DNA of 62,595 nucleotides, the filler included, from Pirum gemmata (lineage: Eukaryota), in assembly GCA_002812295.1 (NCBI GenBank). It is 23 parts of 23 records of this genome, joined end to end, with 100 filler letters (N's around TTAATTAATTAA, not from the genome) between each part and the next. Parts side by side here need not be neighbours in the genome. Positions count along the whole stretch, not along the records: positions 1 to 3,644 come from PDIN01006681.1; positions 3,745 to 6,104 come from PDIN01006682.1; positions 6,205 to 8,595 come from PDIN01006683.1; positions 8,696 to 11,026 come from PDIN01006684.1; positions 11,127 to 13,493 come from PDIN01006685.1; 18 more parts are not named here. The stretch is one strand, 5' to 3'. How positions within the stretch are numbered: position 1 is the stretch's first letter; every line of letters starts with the position of its first letter. Shown one piece after another: positions 1 to 11,589 of the stretch. The notes beneath the pieces were generated by a model. The model saw nothing but the letters and a program-made list of their open reading frames with translations. It was not told the origin of the DNA and ran no database searches. A program made the translations under genes and the position numbers.

Positions 1-72
1 TAATAATAATGCTAATAATAATAAAAATGATTATGATAAAAATAACAATAACAATAATATTTTTCTAAATAG

Positions 73-1120
73 ATTCTGGAAATGGAAATGGAAACCATTT
101 CTTTCAAAATATGCCAATGCAAAGGTATATAAAAAATATTATGCTATAAAGTGTTTAAATAGAATTTAATAATAAGTTTGATGATATCATTGTTGTAATA
201 ACTAAAAGTTTTTCTACTAATATTATTTCCTTTTTGTTCTAATTATTGTACCCACCCCACCCCCTCAATGGTTATTTTATTATTATTATTCTGTTTTGTT
301 TGCTTGTCATTTGTTGTTGCTTTTTGTTTGTGTGCTGTCTACTGTCCGCTGTCTGTGTGTTGGTTTTTGTTTTATTTATTTAGTTATTTATTTATTTGTA
401 GTCCGGACAGAAATGGAAATTACTATAGCCCTAATGCCACCGGTAGCCCAAGTCCAAGAGGTGGATTCAGAGGAAGGGGCAGAGATTTTGGTAACTTCTA
501 ATTGCTTTGATTTATTAATACTTTCGACGTTATTATCATTGTTTAATTATGGTTAATTTCTTGCATAAAGATTTTCTATTTCCCTTCATTTACTGCTGGA
601 TTTGTTTTTCATATTTTGTGTATCACTTATTTATGAATCACTGTTTTTGTTCTGTTATATTTTTGACATTTAAACTTAAATCAATTTATTTAAGGTTTTT
701 GTGAATTTGAATGTGGGTGTGATTGTGTATTTATTATTTTGGCTTTGTTTTTTTTCGGATTGATTTTCAAGTTGACTATAACCTAACCCAACGTTTTTAT
801 ATATTGGTTGGTTATTGTTATTTTTTTTTTGCGTCAATTTATTATTTGCTTTATTAGGAACACCTAGTCCTCAAAGTTATCGAGGTCGTGGTGGTCGTGG
901 CGGGCATAGTAGTTTTAACAATAGTCCCTATGGTGGTGGTAGCCATAATAATAGCCCTAATTGTGGAGGTGGTAGCCACAACAATAGCCCTAATTATCGA
1001 GGAGGTAGCCATAACAATAGCCCTAATTATCGAGGAAATAGTCCTTACAATCAAAACTATGGAAAAAGCCCTAATAATAGTGCTGGTCGGTATTCTCCCT
1101 ACGATCACGGAAACAAAAAG
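73..1120 (+). CDS. Internal exons (73-124, 402-490, 858-1120) of an RGG/Ser-Pro-rich low-complexity protein, partial
   Basis: AG/GT boundaries with consistent phases give SGNGNGNHFFQNMPMQ-SPDRNGNYYSP...RGGFRGRGRDF-GTPSPQSYRGRGGRGG...KK. Exon 3 has three 33-nt repeats encoding GGSHNNSPN(Y/C). Confidence 0.75.
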
Positions 1121-1218
1121 GTAAGCACAATTCTGATTTGTTAAGGTGTGGGTATTGGTGTGTTGTGGGTGTGTGGGTGTTAGTGTGTTGTGGGTGTGTG
1201 GGTTTTAGTATTGGTGTG

Positions 1219-1290
<72 letters not shown>

Positions 1291-2262
1291 TGAGNTGATA
1301 TTATTATTATTAGCATTATTAATATTATTAATTAGCTATTAACTTATAGACTAATAATTATTTTAACAGAAGCAAAGTATGCATAGCAGTAGCTGCACAA
1401 TAATTACACACAAGTTACACGAACTACTACCTGGTATATTATCAATAATATTATATATTATAGGCTATTTATAGCAAAAGTAACATAGATGAGAAGATGT
1501 TAATTAAAGTGTTTTCAATTAGAGGCTGACAAAGGTCATTCTCCTGCTCAGTTTTTTGTTGGATATTATATTAATATATGAGCATATAATATTATGTATA
1601 ATTATATTGATAGTATTATACTTATATAGTCTACTTTACCAGTCTTTAGCTCTGGTAGTTACTAGTTAGTCTACTACTAAAATATACTATGATAGTAAGT
1701 ACTGGTATGATGGTATCCTACTAACTAGTAGACCCCATCTAAATGTATATGATATAAGTATAATATAATATAGAGTCATTATAATAATTATAGACCTATA
1801 CGGTATATAATTTGAATACCGGTATAGTCTTTTAATTAACTAGCTAGCTATCATAGTTAGACAGCTAGCTAGTCTTTGTGGACTCTTACTGGTATAGCTC
1901 ATGGTATGCATAGCTAGCTAGGTATGCATATTCTAGCTAGACCTCTAGCTATCGATAGCTAGAGCCCTGAAGCTACTACCTAGCTAGCTACTGGCTATGA
2001 TAGCTAGAAGAACTTACCTCTAACTAAGCTAGCTAGCTACTACTTCCAGGCAGCTACTATGACTAGGAAGTAGACCTACTAGTAGCTAGCTAGCTAGTAG
2101 TAGAGTACTCGATAGACTAGCTAGCTAGCTGCTAGACTGGTTAGCTACCTAGACCTACTAGCTAGACTCCTACTAGCTAGCTACTAGTTAGAGTTAGCTA
2201 CTAGCTAGTATCATAGTCTAGCTAGCTAGATTCGTACTACTAGCTAGCTAGCTAGCTAGTAT

Positions 2263-2442
2263 CGCTTTTCATTTATTTTGTTACTCCAAATATTTATTTG
2301 GAGGTTTATAATATTTAAATCGTCATTTTTAAATCAATAAATACATAATAAAATATACCAAAATATAGAAAATGGACTTATATTGTATTTATTTGGTACT
2401 ATTTATTGTATATTTCATGATGACAAAACAACTGAAAAGCAC
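2263..2442 (+). mobile_element. MITE family A (~180 bp, TIR GTGCTTTTCA...TGAAAAGCAC)
   Basis: Related copies in both orientations at 2659-2840, ~7140-7289, 7546-7726, 20331-20510, 20725-20906, ~20990-21135, 22342-22523, 22762-22961, 24347-24536, ~24550-24705 and 38857-39037, partial at ~30170-30240 and ~59570-59616. Confidence 0.85.
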
Positions 2443-3223
2443 TATAGTTAGGCCTGGGACTCGCCTAGCTAGCTAGTCTACTCTAGTAGACTAGCTAGTA
2501 TACTCGTAGACCCCCAAGTCGTCCCCCCCCAACAGGCTAGACGGCCTAGCTCTAGCTATGATAGCTACTAGTCTAGTAGTAGACTAGTCTAGCTAGACCC
2601 CGTCTAGCTAGTAGTACTGAGACCTAAGTATTGAGACAGTTAGCCTAGCTAGTCTAGCAAATTATAAAATAAATAGTACCAAATTAATACAATATAAATC
2701 CATTTCATTTAATTTGGTATTTTTTATTATATATTTATTTATTTAAAAGTATCAATTTAAATATTATAAACAACCAAATAAATCTTTGGGAGTGACAAAA
2801 TAAATCTCAAAGCAAAATACATATGATAAATGAAAAGCACAATATCAAACCTCTGATATCGATACCGTGTAGTCTAGCTAGTCTAGTTGCTGAAGGCTGT
2901 TGCTGAAGGCTTTGACAGTGCGCTCCGTCCGACTCAGTGCAAGAGTACTGGCTGGTAGACCCGTCTAGGTTGGTCTTTTTATTTTTTATTTTTATGATAA
3001 TATAATATTATATAAATATGATAATATAATAATAATATTCATATTGGTATAATTATTGTTCAATATTTATATTACCAGTATTATAGCCTTTTTTTATTTT
3101 TTATTTATTTTTTATTTTTATTTATTTTTGTTTTTGAAAGAAAATGTAAAATAGTAATTACCTAAAACAAACACTAACGCCAAGAAATACCGAATCAAAC
3201 GAGCAAAAACCTTTTCAGCAATA

Positions 3224-3248
3224 ATGCATCACCATACTCCTTTCAAGC

Positions 3249-3285
<37 letters not shown>

Positions 3286-3432
3286 TAATAATAATAACTT
3301 TCGTTCCCCTCAAGGATCTTCGCCTAGGGGGCATCCTCCACGCATTCCTAGTTTTTCTTCACCACATAATAGAAATGATAGCAACAATGGCGATAATTTT
3401 CGAACACCGAATCCCAAATTTTCAGTTCCTAG
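3224..3432 (+). CDS. First exon of an Asn-run, SP/TP-rich protein
   Basis: ATG at 3224, MHHHTPFKH(N)nFRSPQGSSPRG...RTPNPKFSVP, donor AG|GTATTT at 3433. Confidence 0.65.
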
Positions 3433-3517
3433 GTATTTTTATAATCATTGTCTTTATTTAATATTGAATAACTCAAAAAAATTCCCACTTGTCCTTTATC
3501 CTTGTATATAACTTGAT

Positions 3518-3608
<91 letters not shown>

Positions 3609-3644
3609 GCTACTGCTACTACTACTACTGCTACTACTACTACT

Positions 3645-3744
3645 NNNNNNNNNNNNNNNNNNNNNNNNNNNNNNNNNNNNNNNNNNNNTTAATTAATTAA
3701 NNNNNNNNNNNNNNNNNNNNNNNNNNNNNNNNNNNNNNNNNNNN
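3645..3744. other. Artificial contig spacer (N44-TTAATTAATTAA-N44), first of 22
   Basis: Identical 100-bp spacers, with stops in all six frames, start at 3645, 6105, 8596, 11027, 13494, 18127, 20617, 23107, 25596, 28054, 30509, 32772, 35203, 37673, 40080, 43622, 46050, 48513, 51000, 53460, 55903 and 58390. Confidence 0.98.
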
Positions 3745-4005
3745 TGTTGTTGTTGTTGTTGTTGTTGTTGTTAACATTAGCTACGATTATTATCACAATT
3801 TCTACTAGTCTAAATTGAATGTAGATTAAGTAGGGTTAGGACAGAGTTAGAATTAGGCTTAGGGTAGTTTGGGTAGGGATTATGGTTATATGAATATGAT
3901 AGTATAAAATATATTTAGACTATATCAAGGACTTCAAAAAAAAAAAAAAATTAATAAAAAAATAAATATAATTTGAATAAATCATAATACATTTTTTTTA
4001 ATAGC

Positions 4006-4217
4006 CAAGCCGGATAAAAATTGTAACATCCACCATATGAGCTCAAAAATCCAAAAAATTACAAAATGCTCCAATATTGATAAAAGTACTATCAATTTTG
4101 GAGAAATAATCTAACTAAAAAAACTCTATTATATACCAATGGCCTTTTTTAAAAATAATTTGGCTTGTTTTTAGAAAAGAAGTCTAAAAAAAATGATTTC
4201 TACAGTTTTATGGCTGT
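4006..4217 (+). mobile_element. MITE family B (~220-235 bp, TIR CAAGCCGGATAAAA...TTTTATCCGGCTTG)
   Basis: Shared core GAGCTCAAAAATCCAAAAAA...AGAAAAGAAGTCTAAAA. Other copies at ~6741-6976, 9426-9610 (reverse), 32067-32283, ~57010-57115 (reverse, partial) and ~59240-59421 (reverse). Confidence 0.8.
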
Positions 4218-7200
4218 TAAAAAATAAAATAATTAGTGTCTATAAATGAAATTTTTTTATTTTTTTACATATCATATTAATAAAAATATTATTATGAGAG
4301 GTCGTAGTTATCCAGAGAAAACTCGAATATTAAATTTTATAAATAATTTTATCAAACCATGATTATCATTATCATAACCCTAACTCTAACCCTAACCCCT
4401 AGCTAGTAGCTAGATCCGATCCCTAAGCCTAAGCCTAGTCCTAAGCCTAACAACTTACCCCTAACCTTAGCCATTTCCATAACCATATATAGCTCTAAAA
4501 ATTCGAACTACTTTCAAAATTCAAACTTCGATCACGTCTAACCATTATTGCAAATCGGTGTATTATAGGCTTTTGTTACGCACCATATTTGTGGTTTTTG
4601 GCTATTATTGTTATAAATAATAACGTTTTTGGTAATATATTTACTTAAAATGTATATATCTATAAACCGCATTTTATTCAACTTGGCGCACTTCAGATCA
4701 TTTTAGATTTTATTTTAGCAATAGTTGAAATATGTTTCTCTTTCTTCTCAATTTGGGCCTATTATATAAACATTTTAAGCTTTCAGATTGCAATCTAAAC
4801 CATTAACTTGGAAGTCTGGAAAAAGGGTAAAAGTGACGTCATTAGTTATTTAATAAGAAGACTTACCATAATTTTGATATATTATTATATATTATAATAA
4901 TGATTATAATAGTATTATAATTAAATATTATAATTATTATTGTCATAATTGTCATATTAATATAGCTATTAGTATATAAATTTGTTAATATATATGATAT
5001 ATAAAATTATAAAAAATTCTAATAATTGGAGTTTTGGAGTTTTGGAGTTTTGGAATCAAGCAAAAACAGATTTCCTTATTATTATATTCCTTTAGTTAAA
5101 ATACCAAAACGATGTCTAATAAATTTTAATTCTTTTTCTACGTTATTCGAATTCATATAAAATAAATTACAATAACTTAATTAAGTATTTCCTGATAAAT
5201 AATAATTATTAATAAAGGTCAGCGTGCGTTAGGGTTATAATTGGCTATAGGGGTTGGTGTTAGGGTTAGGGTTAGACTAGGGTTAGGGTCAGGGTTATAA
5301 TTAGGGTAAGGGTTAGGGTTATAAGGGTCAGGGTTAGGGTTAGGGTAGGGTTAAATAATGAAGCTCAAGCCTCAACATTCGATCGAATTTTTAAAATAAT
5401 TATTTTAACAAAAACATTAACAAAACATATGCATATGCATGAATTTTTAGTTTTGACACTGTTTTAACTTTGCTAGTTTAACTTTGTCAGATTTATTTAT
5501 AAATTATTTAATTAATAATAAGAAACCCCCAACAACGCGAAATTTGCGGAAGTGTCGAAAATTGGATTCTTTCGGAATGATGACGAAAACTATGACGACA
5601 ATTCTACGTTTAACGTCAAAAGTTATTAATGCGTCATAAACATTAAGTACGTCATACACTGCGTCACTTAAGTGTTGTTGTTGTTGTAGTATTTATAATA
5701 ATATTTAATATAATTATTGTTGTTATTGTAGTTTTCGTCACTTCTGTCACAATTTGGGCTGTGTTTGATTTAATAATTAATTATAATATTATATAATAAT
5801 AATTATATTAATATATCATATTAATAAATTTCAACCTGTAATATTCCAATATAAATCTGAATATGACAATGGTTATTTAAGAAGTCATGATGGCATTTAA
5901 AACACGGATTTATTGTTGCGTAAGATTTAGAAGAGATTCATCCAAAATATGATATGATCGATATCATATAATATATATATTATAATATAGGGCTACTACT
6001 ATTGATACTCCTACTACTACTGCCAGTATTGCTGCTGCTGCTAATAATAATAATAATATTAATAATATTATTATAATATTAATATTAATATTAATATTAA
6101 TAATNNNNNNNNNNNNNNNNNNNNNNNNNNNNNNNNNNNNNNNNNNNNTTAATTAATTAANNNNNNNNNNNNNNNNNNNNNNNNNNNNNNNNNNNNNNNN
6201 NNNNTATTATTATTATTATTATATATAATCATTATCATTATCATTATTGTTAATTAACGTTATTGTTATTATTATTATAAAATGAATAAAAAATAAAACA
6301 AAACTTTTAAAATTAAAATTAAAATCAAAAATATTATTATTGATTATTGATTATTGATTATTGATTATTGATTATTGATTATTGATTACTATAATTTATT
6401 ATTATCTGATATTAGTTTTCTCTAGCTAGCTAGCTAGTAGCTAGCTAGGTATAGACCAAAAAAAAATTTTTTACGTCCATAGACTTTTTTTTTTTAAAAA
6501 AAAAAAATTAATAGATTTCAATTGAATTTTCAGTTTTCAAACATGAGTAATGTAATAGGCATTTAATAGATTTGAAATTTTCGAACATATTACATTTACT
6601 AATTTTTTTTAAAAAAAGGTGACTTTTAATTAGTAAAAAAAAGTAGGATGTAGCTAGAGCCAGTAGCTACTATGAATGACAATGTAGTAGACTATATATA
6701 GTATGATATATTTTACAAATAAATAAAAGGCTTTTTGACTGGCCGATAAAAATGGCGACATCTGCCATATGAGCTCAAAAAATCAAAAAATCTCAAAAAA
6801 ATCCAATGTTAAAAAAAGTACTACCAAATATTAAGAAATCTTCTGACTAAGAAAACTCTATTATGAGCCAATTGCTAATTTTTAAAAAAGTTTTGGCTAG
6901 TTATTATTTTTTAAAAAGATTTTTAGAAAAGAAGTCTAAAAAAAATGATTTCTGTCATACAGTTTTATCCGGCTTGACCAAAAAAAAAATAAAAAAAATA
7001 ATAATAAATAATAGCCTTATTAGTCAATGATTAAAAAAACTCTACCTTTTTGTTATTGTAAAGGTTTTGACTGGAAGATTTGAGTTTAAAAGTTTTTATT
7101 TGTTTACCAATGGAAGGCTATTATAGGAGTCCAATAGGTTTATTTGAAGGGTTATAATCTTTTAATTGATATTTTTAAAATCAATACATAGATAATAAAA

Positions 7201-9155
7201 TATACCAGAATATATCAAATGGATTTATATTGTATTTATTTGGTACTATTTATTGTATATTTTATGATGACAAAACAACTGGAAAGCACTATACGAAGTT
7301 GATCAAAGACCCTAGCTAGGGTCTATCATGGGGTTAGCTGGGGACCTGGGGTCTCGAGTCCTCGACTCCCAGCTCGTCTCTAGCTAGAGTCTAGCTAGCA
7401 AAATAGCTGGGGACCCTGGGGACCCTGGGGTTATTACTCTCTCTGGTCAGTCTCTGGGTTTGTAGTATCGATACTTTAGTGCACTAAGTCTTTGTATATA
7501 TAGGATGTTCTATCATAAACAATTAGGATGTATAGACGTATAGTAGTGCTTTTCATTTATTTTGGCACTCAGAATATTTATTTGGTTGGTTATAATATTT
7601 CAATTGACATTCTTAATTGAATAAATAGATAATAAAATATACCAAATTAAATGATATGGATTTATATTGTATTAATTTAGTTCTTTTTATTGTACATTTT
7701 ATGATGACAAAACAACTAAAAAGCACAATAGTAGATTTCCTATGTCATAGCTAGTCTAGCTAGCTTTCGTACTTTCATAGTGTAGACTTGTAAGATTTAG
7801 GATTGACTATCAATGTAGAGCTTTACCCTAATTCTGTAACGCTAACTCTAACACTAACCCTAACTCATCCTAACTTTAACCTTTAACCCTACCACTACCC
7901 CTACATAAGTAACCCAAACCCCAGCCCTAACCCTAACCCAAACATTAACCATAACCCTAACCCTAACCATAACTACTAGACCCTAACCATAACAATAACC
8001 CTAACCCTAACCCTAACCCTAACCCTAATTATATAACCCTAACCCAAATACTAACCCAGATCCTAACCCTAACCCTAACCCTAACCCTAACACTAGAATA
8101 CATGCAATACTCATGGAATAGTATGTAATGACATACTTAAAAATATAATTAATTAATATTATGTTAAAAAATTATTTAGTTTTTGTACTGGTCAAAATTG
8201 TCATAAAAACATATTATTGCTATGGCAATCATTATTTATAATGTAATTAGCTAGAAAATATTTTGTTATTATTGTTGCTGTTCTTTTTAAATTCTTTTCA
8301 TTCCAAAACAAACAAAAACAAAAACAAAAAAAATGTTTTTTGTTGTATAATATTATAAAGAAAATATATAAGAATATATTTTTTTCGAAATTTTGATTTT
8401 TATTTTTGTTTTTTTTTGTGTGTTTTTGTTTTTTTTGTGTGTTTTTGTTTTTTCTTGGTATTGTTCTTTGACGTTTCAATAATTATAGCACTAATCATAA
8501 CAATAACAATAACAATAACAATAAGAACAGCCAAAACAATAAAAATAAGTAATAATTAATTACTCAATAATAATAATAATAATAACGTTAACAATNNNNN
8601 NNNNNNNNNNNNNNNNNNNNNNNNNNNNNNNNNNNNNNNTTAATTAATTAANNNNNNNNNNNNNNNNNNNNNNNNNNNNNNNNNNNNNNNNNNNNACCCT
8701 AACCCTAACCCTGACCCTAACCCTAACCCCAAACCCTACTAACCCTAACCCCTAACCCTAACCCTTACCCCTAACCCTAACGCTAACCCTAACGCTAACC
8801 CTAACCCTAATTAATAACCCTGGCCAAGCACTTTTAGGCTTTTGGTCACTTTTTTTTTTAGGCTTTTGGGCACCTTTTTGAAAACATAAAAAGCCAAGCA
8901 CTTTTAGGCTTTTGGTCACTTTTTTTTTTTGAAAAGCCTACGATAAAAAGTCAGGACTATTTGGTATCTTCAAAAAAACTGATTCCTAACTTCAGGTTTA
9001 AAAATTATATAAAAATAACTAATGAAAAATAAAACGGTACCTAAATAATTTTTTTGCTGACATTTAAAATTAACTTGGTAGCTTTTTAGTTATTTAGATC
9101 TGACAGCTAGCTAGGATCTGACGGGGTTAGTCTCGGGGTTAGTCTACTAGGGGAA

Positions 9156-9348
9156 TAGGGGTGAGATGACGTCATTTTATTATTACCGAATAGCTTCCGG
9201 AACTTTATGTTAATAAGATTACTTTATTTGGTAACTACTATAATTAAATTTACTATTTTAAGCTATTTAACTGCTATATTTAAGGTTGGCTCGATAAGGC
9301 TCGATAAGTATCTGTTCGAAAAAAGTTCCAGCAGATATCTCACCCCTA
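9156..9348 (+). mobile_element. MITE family C (TIR TAGGGGTGAGAT, hAT-like termini)
   Basis: Perfect 12-bp TIR; inverted homologous copy at 38549-38776; related end at ~39967. Confidence 0.75.
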
Positions 9349-9629
9349 CTACTAGCTAGCGTCTACCACATAGTAGTCTATAAATAGAACATCAACTAGT
9401 TTTTTTTTTTTTTTTTTTTAACAGCCAAGCCGGTTAAAACTGTAGATTTTTAGGCTTCTTTTCTAAAAATCTTTAATCTTAACTATCCAAATTAATTTTA
9501 TAAACTAGCTATTGGTTCATAATAGTTTTTTTAGGTTGACTATTTCTCAAATATTTGGTAGTACTTACATTAATATTGGATCATTTTGAGATTTTAGATT
9601 TTTGAGCTCCCGCTTGGTATTCATAGACT

Positions 9630-9711
<82 letters not shown>

Positions 9712-9846
9712 ATTAAAAACAACAACACTCAACAAGTACTCAACACCAGAACACTGAGGTTCAACAATAAATAACAACACTACCAAGTGGTAACAAGAAC
9801 AGCAACAAATTTAATCAAACTAAATTTAAAATTTATTAAAAATCAA

Positions 9847-10982
9847 ATGACTAACACTCTTACTGGCATTATGGATGAAGTTAATACTTTTCAATATTCT
9901 GTTTCTTCCATTAAAGACGCAAACGAAAAAACCGTAAATGAAATTGTTGACATAGTAAATGATGGTACTTGAATAACTCTGACCTTAACCCTAACCCTAA
10001 CCCTAACCCTAACCCTAACCCTAACCCGAACCAGGACCCGAACCCGAACCCGAACCCGAACCCCTAACCCTAACCCTAACCCTAATCCTAACCTTGACTC
10101 TAACTTTAACTCTAACTCTAACTCTTAACTCTAACTCTAACTTTAACTCTAACCCTGGCTTTAACCTTAACCCTAACCCTATAAAAGCTTATGCTTGGGG
10201 TGAAGAAGGCATGTGGGTTGATGGGCATCCTAGGACTAATGCTAGTGAGATCAAAAGTTTCGCAGAAAAATCTTTATTAATCCTTGTAAGAAATAAAGAA
10301 CAACAAGTTATTGCTTCAATGTATTTAGATCCTTTTGATCAAAGTAGAGGTAGCATTTGACCATTTCTATTGTTATTGTTGTTTTTGTTGGTTTTGTTGT
10401 TTTAGTTGTTCTTGTTCTTGTTCTTGTTCTTGTTCTTGTTTTGGGATTGTTCTTGTCCTTTCTGTTTCTTGTTGTTCTTGTTGTTCTTGTTGTTCTTGTT
10501 GTTCTTGTTGTTCTTGTAATTCTTGTTGTTCTTGTTGTTGCTATATTATTATTTTAGCGTTATTATAAACGTGATCTTTGTGACAATATCATAAACTGTA
10601 TACCATAAACATAAAATATAAACAGAATTATAGCCATAGACATAACAATAACAAAAACAATAACCATAACCATAACAATAACCAATAACAATAACCATAA
10701 CCATAATCATAACAATAACCAATAACAATAACCATATTATTATCATTATCATTGTTGTTATAGTCATAGTTGTTATTATCTATGATTTCGTTCTTATTGT
10801 TGATGTTACTGTTGTGATTGTTGTTATTATTGTTTTTTCGGGCTATTATTTTTATAAGGAGGTGTCTCTAAGAAATTAAGTTGTACATTTATTATTGATC
10901 TTTATATTAGAAGCCGGTCTACCCCGAACTGGAAGTTTGGGAATGTTAGCTGTTCATAAATTATATACACGTAAAGGAGTTT
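9847..10982 (+). CDS. GNAT-family N-acetyltransferase, exons 9847-9964, 10188-10349, 10911-10982 (3' end lost in gap)
   Basis: All three junctions are phase 1 GT-AG. Spliced protein ...EIVDIVNDAYAWGEEGMW...RTNASEI...GSLGMLAVHKLYTRKGV carries a GNAT motif A-like MLAV...RKG. Confidence 0.85.
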
Positions 10983-11126
10983 GTAAGTTATTATTTACTA
11001 TTATTATCATTATTATTATCATTATTNNNNNNNNNNNNNNNNNNNNNNNNNNNNNNNNNNNNNNNNNNNNTTAATTAATTAANNNNNNNNNNNNNNNNNN
11101 NNNNNNNNNNNNNNNNNNNNNNNNNN

Positions 11127-11188
11127 CTTGGTCGGGGGGATTCGAACCCAATACCTCCGGATCCAGGTTGTTAACCAAATAACCACTG
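11127..11188 (-). pseudogene. Degenerate tRNA-derived sequence (B box only)
   Basis: Minus strand has GGGTTCGAATCCC T-arm/B box but no complete cloverleaf; head-to-head with tRNA-Arg. Confidence 0.5.
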
Positions 11189-11250
11189 ATAATTGAAACT
11201 GTTTTTGGGGACACCCTAAAATTTTAGAACTTACACCCAAATTTCGGCAG

Positions 11251-11323
11251 TATCTTGTGGCCCAATGGCTAAGGCGTATGACTACGAATCATGAGATTGT
11301 GGGTTCGAGTCCCATCAAGATCT
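11251..11323 (+). tRNA. tRNA-Arg(ACG) with a 1:72 mismatch
   Basis: Cloverleaf: acceptor (T)ATCTTG/CAAGAT(C), D arm GCCC..AGGC, anticodon arm TATGA-CTACGAA-TCATG, T arm GTGGG-TTCGAGT-CCCAT. Confidence 0.88.
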
Positions 11324-11589
11324 TTGTAAAAAATTGGATTGAAAATTGTAGTGGAAGTTTAAAAGTGTAGTAGTGGAGTAGTTTTTTTTTTTTGAAAAAA
11401 GGGGGAAATTCAAATACTTGTTCCTTCATTTTGCTTAATGATATTAATAATATCGAAAAAGGAGAAACATATGTATTTTTGTGTTTTATGAATTTATACT
11501 TTTTATTTACAACATTTTAGTCTTTTATAAATTTATGCGCTCCTTTTCATACACACATAGGTTTTTACACTCAGCTTATAGGTTACTAT

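Noticed and set aside
1520..1570. Sel1-like repeat fragment (ADKGHSPAQFFVGYY)
   Set aside because: Only about 15 codons, with no supportable exon chain
3689..3700. Regularly spaced TTAATTAATTAA palindrome as a biological repeat
   Set aside because: It is always centred in 44+44 Ns, so it is an assembly linker
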